DNA of 46,010 bases from Dehalococcoidia bacterium (GTDB lineage: Bacteria; Chloroflexota; Dehalococcoidia; GIF9; AB-539-J10), in the NCBI GenBank assembly GCA_022866545.1, contig JALHUO010000046.1, positions 1 to 46,010 of the forward strand. The letters run 5' to 3'. Position 1 is the stretch's first letter, and each line of letters starts with the position of its first letter. Below, piece after piece: positions 43,288 through 46,010 of the stretch. Below the pieces are notes generated by a model that saw only the letters and a list, made by a program, of their open reading frames with translations, made no database searches and had not been told where the DNA came from. A program made the position numbers and the translations under genes.

Positions 43288-43335
43288 TCAATCAGCTCAA
43301 TCAACTCTAACAACTCAATAAACCCAATGAACTCA
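43288..43335 (-). repeat. inverted array (~3 units) of the same 18/9-nt gagtt... unit
   Basis: The reverse complement reads tgagttcattgggtttatt gagttgttagagttgatt gagctgatt gagtg. It fills the whole spacer between the glmS stop and the four-helix-bundle start. Confidence 0.7.
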
Positions 43336-45108
43336 TTTGACCGTTACCGATTTGGCTAGATTGCGGGGTTTGTCGGGGTCGCACCCCCGGTTGACAGCTA
43401 GATAATAAGCCAAGAGCTGAAGGGGAACCACGGCCACCATAGGATAGAGTAACTCATCAACTTTGGGAAGCTTGATCCAGGAATCATAAACTTCGCTTTC
43501 CTTATCGGAGACACCGATAATGTACGCGCCGCGAGATTTAGCTTCAATAGCGTTGCTGAGGGTTTCAGAAAAGGTATAATCGGCAGGGCAAATCACCACC
43601 ACTGGCGTGCCGGGCTCGATGAGGGCTAAGGTGCCATGCTTTAGTTCCCCGGCGGGCATACCTTCGGCGTGGGCATAGGAAATCTCTTTAAGCTTTAAGG
43701 CGCCTTCAGAGGCGATGGCAAAGTTAATCCCTCTGGCTATGTAGTAGAAATCGTTCTTGTCTTTCAGGTTCTGACTGAGTTTGATAAGCTCGCTCTTGTT
43801 CCAGTCCAGGACTCTGGTTATCTCGCCGTTCAAGCTGGCAAGCTTAGCTGTCGCTTCATCAAAAGCATCAACCATGGAGAAAGACAACAGGTAGAATATG
43901 GCCAGTTGGGACAGGAAGGTCTTGGTGGCGGCCACAGCTATCTCGGCACCGCAGTTCAGGTAAATGACCTGGTGGCTCAGGTCAGCCAGTATGGAGTTAG
44001 GTCGGTTGATTATGGAGATGACTTGTGCGCCGTTGTCTCTGGCAGCCTTTACCCCCTCGATTATATCAGCGGTCTCGCCACTCTGGGAGACAGCGATGAC
44101 AATGGTGTTTTTGTCCACAGAGTCGGCGAAATAACCGAACTCAGAAGCCATGATTACGTCACAAAACTTCTTGCCCACTTTGGAAAAGAGATACCTACCG
44201 ACCAGAGCGGCATAACGGGAAGTGCCACAAGCAGTTATGATCACCTGATTTGCCCTCAGAATATCCAGAGCAATCTTGGTGAATGTCTTTCCGTCCTGGC
44301 AAGCTGTTTGGCCGAGCATCTGAGCTTGCTCCATTATCTCCTTGAGCATGAAATGCTGGTAGCCTCCTTTGTGGCTCTCGGCCCAGCTCTGGTCCAGTTT
44401 CCTGACTTGCTTGGCCAGCTTGTTTCCCTTGGGATCGAAGAACTGGACTCCTTCCTGTGTCAGCATCACCACCTCGTTATCTCCCAGCCCCATGACCTGA
44501 TTGGTATATTGAGAGAAAGCCAGAGCGTCACTGCTAACATAGTAATCAGTGGCGTTAATGCCGACAATTAAAGGGTTATTCCTCCTTGTGCCTACAATTT
44601 TGGCGGGGTTGTCAGGGGCCATGACTAGAAACGCATAGGAACCCTCAAGCTTTGGAGCTATGTTTAGCACAGCCTGTTCCAGGGAACACCCGCTCTTGAG
44701 CTCATCTTCGATGAGATGAGGGATGACCTCAGAGTCAGTCTCAGAGGTAAACTTGTGTCCCAGTTTGGTAAGTTCCTGGCGAAGCTGCTGATTGTTCTCG
44801 ACAATGCCATTGTGGACTACAGCTATTCTGCCACCACAATCGGAATGAGGATGAGCATTTAATTGCGTGACACCACCGTGAGTTGCCCAGCGGGTGTGCC
44901 CGATGGCGACGTTGCCGGGCAGGCTTGCCAGGTTATGCTTCTGAATGACTTCGTCGACCTTGCCAGCGTCTTTCCTTATCAATAGCCTGCCATCGGACAA
45001 GGAAGCTACGCCTGCTGAATCATAGCCACGGTATTCCAGACGCTTTAGGGCCTCGATGATAATGGGGACTGCAGGCTTCTGGCCACAATAACCAATAATA
45101 CCGCACAT
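43333..45108 (-). CDS. glmS: glutamine--fructose-6-phosphate aminotransferase (isomerising)
   Basis: 591 aa. MCGIIGY N-terminal nucleophile, HTRWATHG, two SIS domains (GTSRYA, SQSGETAD) and a C-terminal ...NLAKSVTVK. Confidence 0.95.
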   Translation of the reverse strand: MCGIIGYCGQKPAVPIIIEALKRLEYRGYDSAGVASLSDGRLLIRKDAGKVDEVIQKHNLASLPGNVAIGHTRWATHGGVTQLNAHPHSDCGGRIAVVHNGIVENNQQLRQELTKLGHKFTSETDSEVIPHLIEDELKSGCSLEQAVLNIAPKLEGSYAFLVMAPDNPAKIVGTRRNNPLIVGINATDYYVSSDALAFSQYTNQVMGLGDNEVVMLTQEGVQFFDPKGNKLAKQVRKLDQSWAESHKGGYQHFMLKEIMEQAQMLGQTACQDGKTFTKIALDILRANQVIITACGTSRYAALVGRYLFSKVGKKFCDVIMASEFGYFADSVDKNTIVIAVSQSGETADIIEGVKAARDNGAQVISIINRPNSILADLSHQVIYLNCGAEIAVAATKTFLSQLAIFYLLSFSMVDAFDEATAKLASLNGEITRVLDWNKSELIKLSQNLKDKNDFYYIARGINFAIASEGALKLKEISYAHAEGMPAGELKHGTLALIEPGTPVVVICPADYTFSETLSNAIEAKSRGAYIIGVSDKESEVYDSWIKLPKVDELLYPMVAVVPLQLLAYYLAVNRGCDPDKPRNLAKSVTVK

Positions 45109-45251
45109 TTAGTTTTCTCCAGCCAATTATATCACGATCTGGGCCATGTCCAGTCCTCATGTGCGCGCCAATATCCTTTATTAAGAGAAGACAGTGCCGG
45201 CTATGGGGCGCAGCACAGCATCAATCATGAGACGCTTTGCGAGGTCAGGCC

Positions 45252-46010
45252 TCAAGAGGTAGCATGGTCTCGTGGAATGGGTTCAAAGCGAGCCTGGAAG
45301 AAACGGAGGTATTTGGGCTCATAGACCATCTTCAAGCCCCGCGCCTCCCCGCGGATGTCGTATATGGCTTTCACTGATTCAGCCACAACGTCCATGTGCG
45401 CCTGGGTGTATACCCGACGGGGTATCGTCAAACGCGTCAGTTCCAGGCTGGGATGGCGATGGTCACCGGTCTCAGGGTCTCTCCCGGCACTGACAGTGCC
45501 TCTTTCCATAGATCGAATGCCAGAATCGAGATATAGTTCGGCAGCTACTGTCTGAGCCGGAAACTGGCTCTGAGGTATGTGAGGATAGAACCTTCTGGCA
45601 TCCACGAAGACTGCAGGGCCACCTATTGGCTTTACACTCGGTATCTCCCAGTCGAGCAATACTGTACCTAGATAACGAACCTGGTCAACTCGAGCCCGGA
45701 CATGGGCATCATCTACGGCTTCGGTGATGCCGATGGCTAATGCTTCCATGTCACGTCCTGCCAGACCACCATACGTATGCAATCCTTCGTAGACCACAAC
45801 CACATTGCGCAGCTCGTCAAACAAATCACTGTCGTTGACTGCCAGCCAGCCACCGATGTTGACCAGGTGGTCTTTCTTGGCACTCATCCAGGCGCCGTCA
45901 GTTAAGCTACAAAACTCCTTAAGGATGGCGGCGATACTCTTGTCTTTGTATCCCTCTTCACGCTCCTGGATGAAGAAAGCGTTCTCAACCATCCGGGTGG
46001 CATCAAGGTA
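45252..46010 (-). CDS. beta-eliminating lyase, tryptophanase / tyrosine phenol-lyase family, C-terminal 252 aa (N-terminus lies beyond the window end)
   Basis: MSAKKDHLVNIGGW (PLP-lysine motif), then TYGGLAGRDMEA and IPRRVYTQAHMD. The frame stays open from 45992 up to nt 46010 (YLDATRMVENAFF...). Confidence 0.85.
   Translation of the reverse strand, partial: YLDATRMVENAFFIQEREEGYKDKSIAAILKEFCSLTDGAWMSAKKDHLVNIGGWLAVNDSDLFDELRNVVVVYEGLHTYGGLAGRDMEALAIGITEAVDDAHVRARVDQVRYLGTVLLDWEIPSVKPIGGPAVFVDARRFYPHIPQSQFPAQTVAAELYLDSGIRSMERGTVSAGRDPETGDHRHPSLELTRLTIPRRVYTQAHMDVVAESVKAIYDIRGEARGLKMVYEPKYLRFFQARFEPIPRDHATS

Noticed and set aside
43906-44571. 221-aa plus-strand ORF antisense to glmS
   Set aside because: The glmS frame is unambiguous, so this is a shadow ORF.
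45109-45251. Possible glmS ribozyme/riboswitch upstream of glmS
   Set aside because: The 143-nt upstream region is shorter than the usual ribozyme. I could not find the conserved core strings (for example the GACGAGGA-type segment) on the minus strand. An Infernal scan would settle it.
1-46010. Scan for CRISPR arrays, tRNA/rRNA genes, transposases, integrases and retron/RT genes
   Set aside because: I saw no regularly spaced 25-40-nt direct repeats. I saw no tRNA-like GTTCGAATC/T-loop context with acceptor stems. No DDE, tyrosine-recombinase, serine-recombinase or RT motif appears in any listed ORF. This was a by-eye scan only.

Overview
This 46-kb segment reads like a bacterial chromosome, possibly Chloroflexota/Dehalococcoidia-like, though I cannot verify the taxon without a database search. 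From 1 to 12.9 kb it carries housekeeping and miscellaneous genes: a 2-oxoacid:ferredoxin oxidoreductase gamma fragment, an Nfo-like TIM barrel, a PabC-like/PabA-TrpG pair, MgtC, a VOC-zinc-ribbon protein, leuB-cimA, a methyltransferase, an alpha/beta hydrolase and a rhomboid. It also holds an SbcD/YhaO-YhaN-type nuclease-ATPase pair whose ATPase has a two-helix membrane hairpin at the coiled-coil apex. At 13.0-15.5 kb sits an 810-aa archaeal-type AglB/STT3 oligosaccharyltransferase with all catalytic motifs readable. About 1 kb of non-coding repeat debris follows. Then comes a ~29-kb glycan-biosynthesis island built as two convergent operons (16.5-32.8 kb on +, 45.1-33.0 kb on -). The island encodes a complete GDP-D-glycero-alpha-D-manno-heptose module, GalE, several SAM methyltransferases, CgeB-like/GT2/GT10/GT4 glycosyltransferases and a Wzx-type flippase. 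It also encodes Gmd-Fcl plus a His-for-Lys DegT-family enzyme (colitose-type 3,6-dideoxyhexose logic), three extended SDRs, WecB, a DPM1/AglJ-like polyprenyl-phosphate GT2 and GlmS. The island is compositionally mosaic and contains gene relics. Its minus-strand operon has been colonised by small repeat-flanked cassettes: a PF05635-type four-helix-bundle gene, a frameshifted DUF559 and an orphan MNT-type nucleotidyltransferase. The window ends in a truncated tryptophanase/tyrosine phenol-lyase gene. I recognised no rRNA, tRNA, CRISPR array, transposase or integrase gene. The main candidate for something new is an AglB-centred, archaeal-style N-glycosylation system in a bacterial background. All family calls rest on motif recognition by eye, not on searches.
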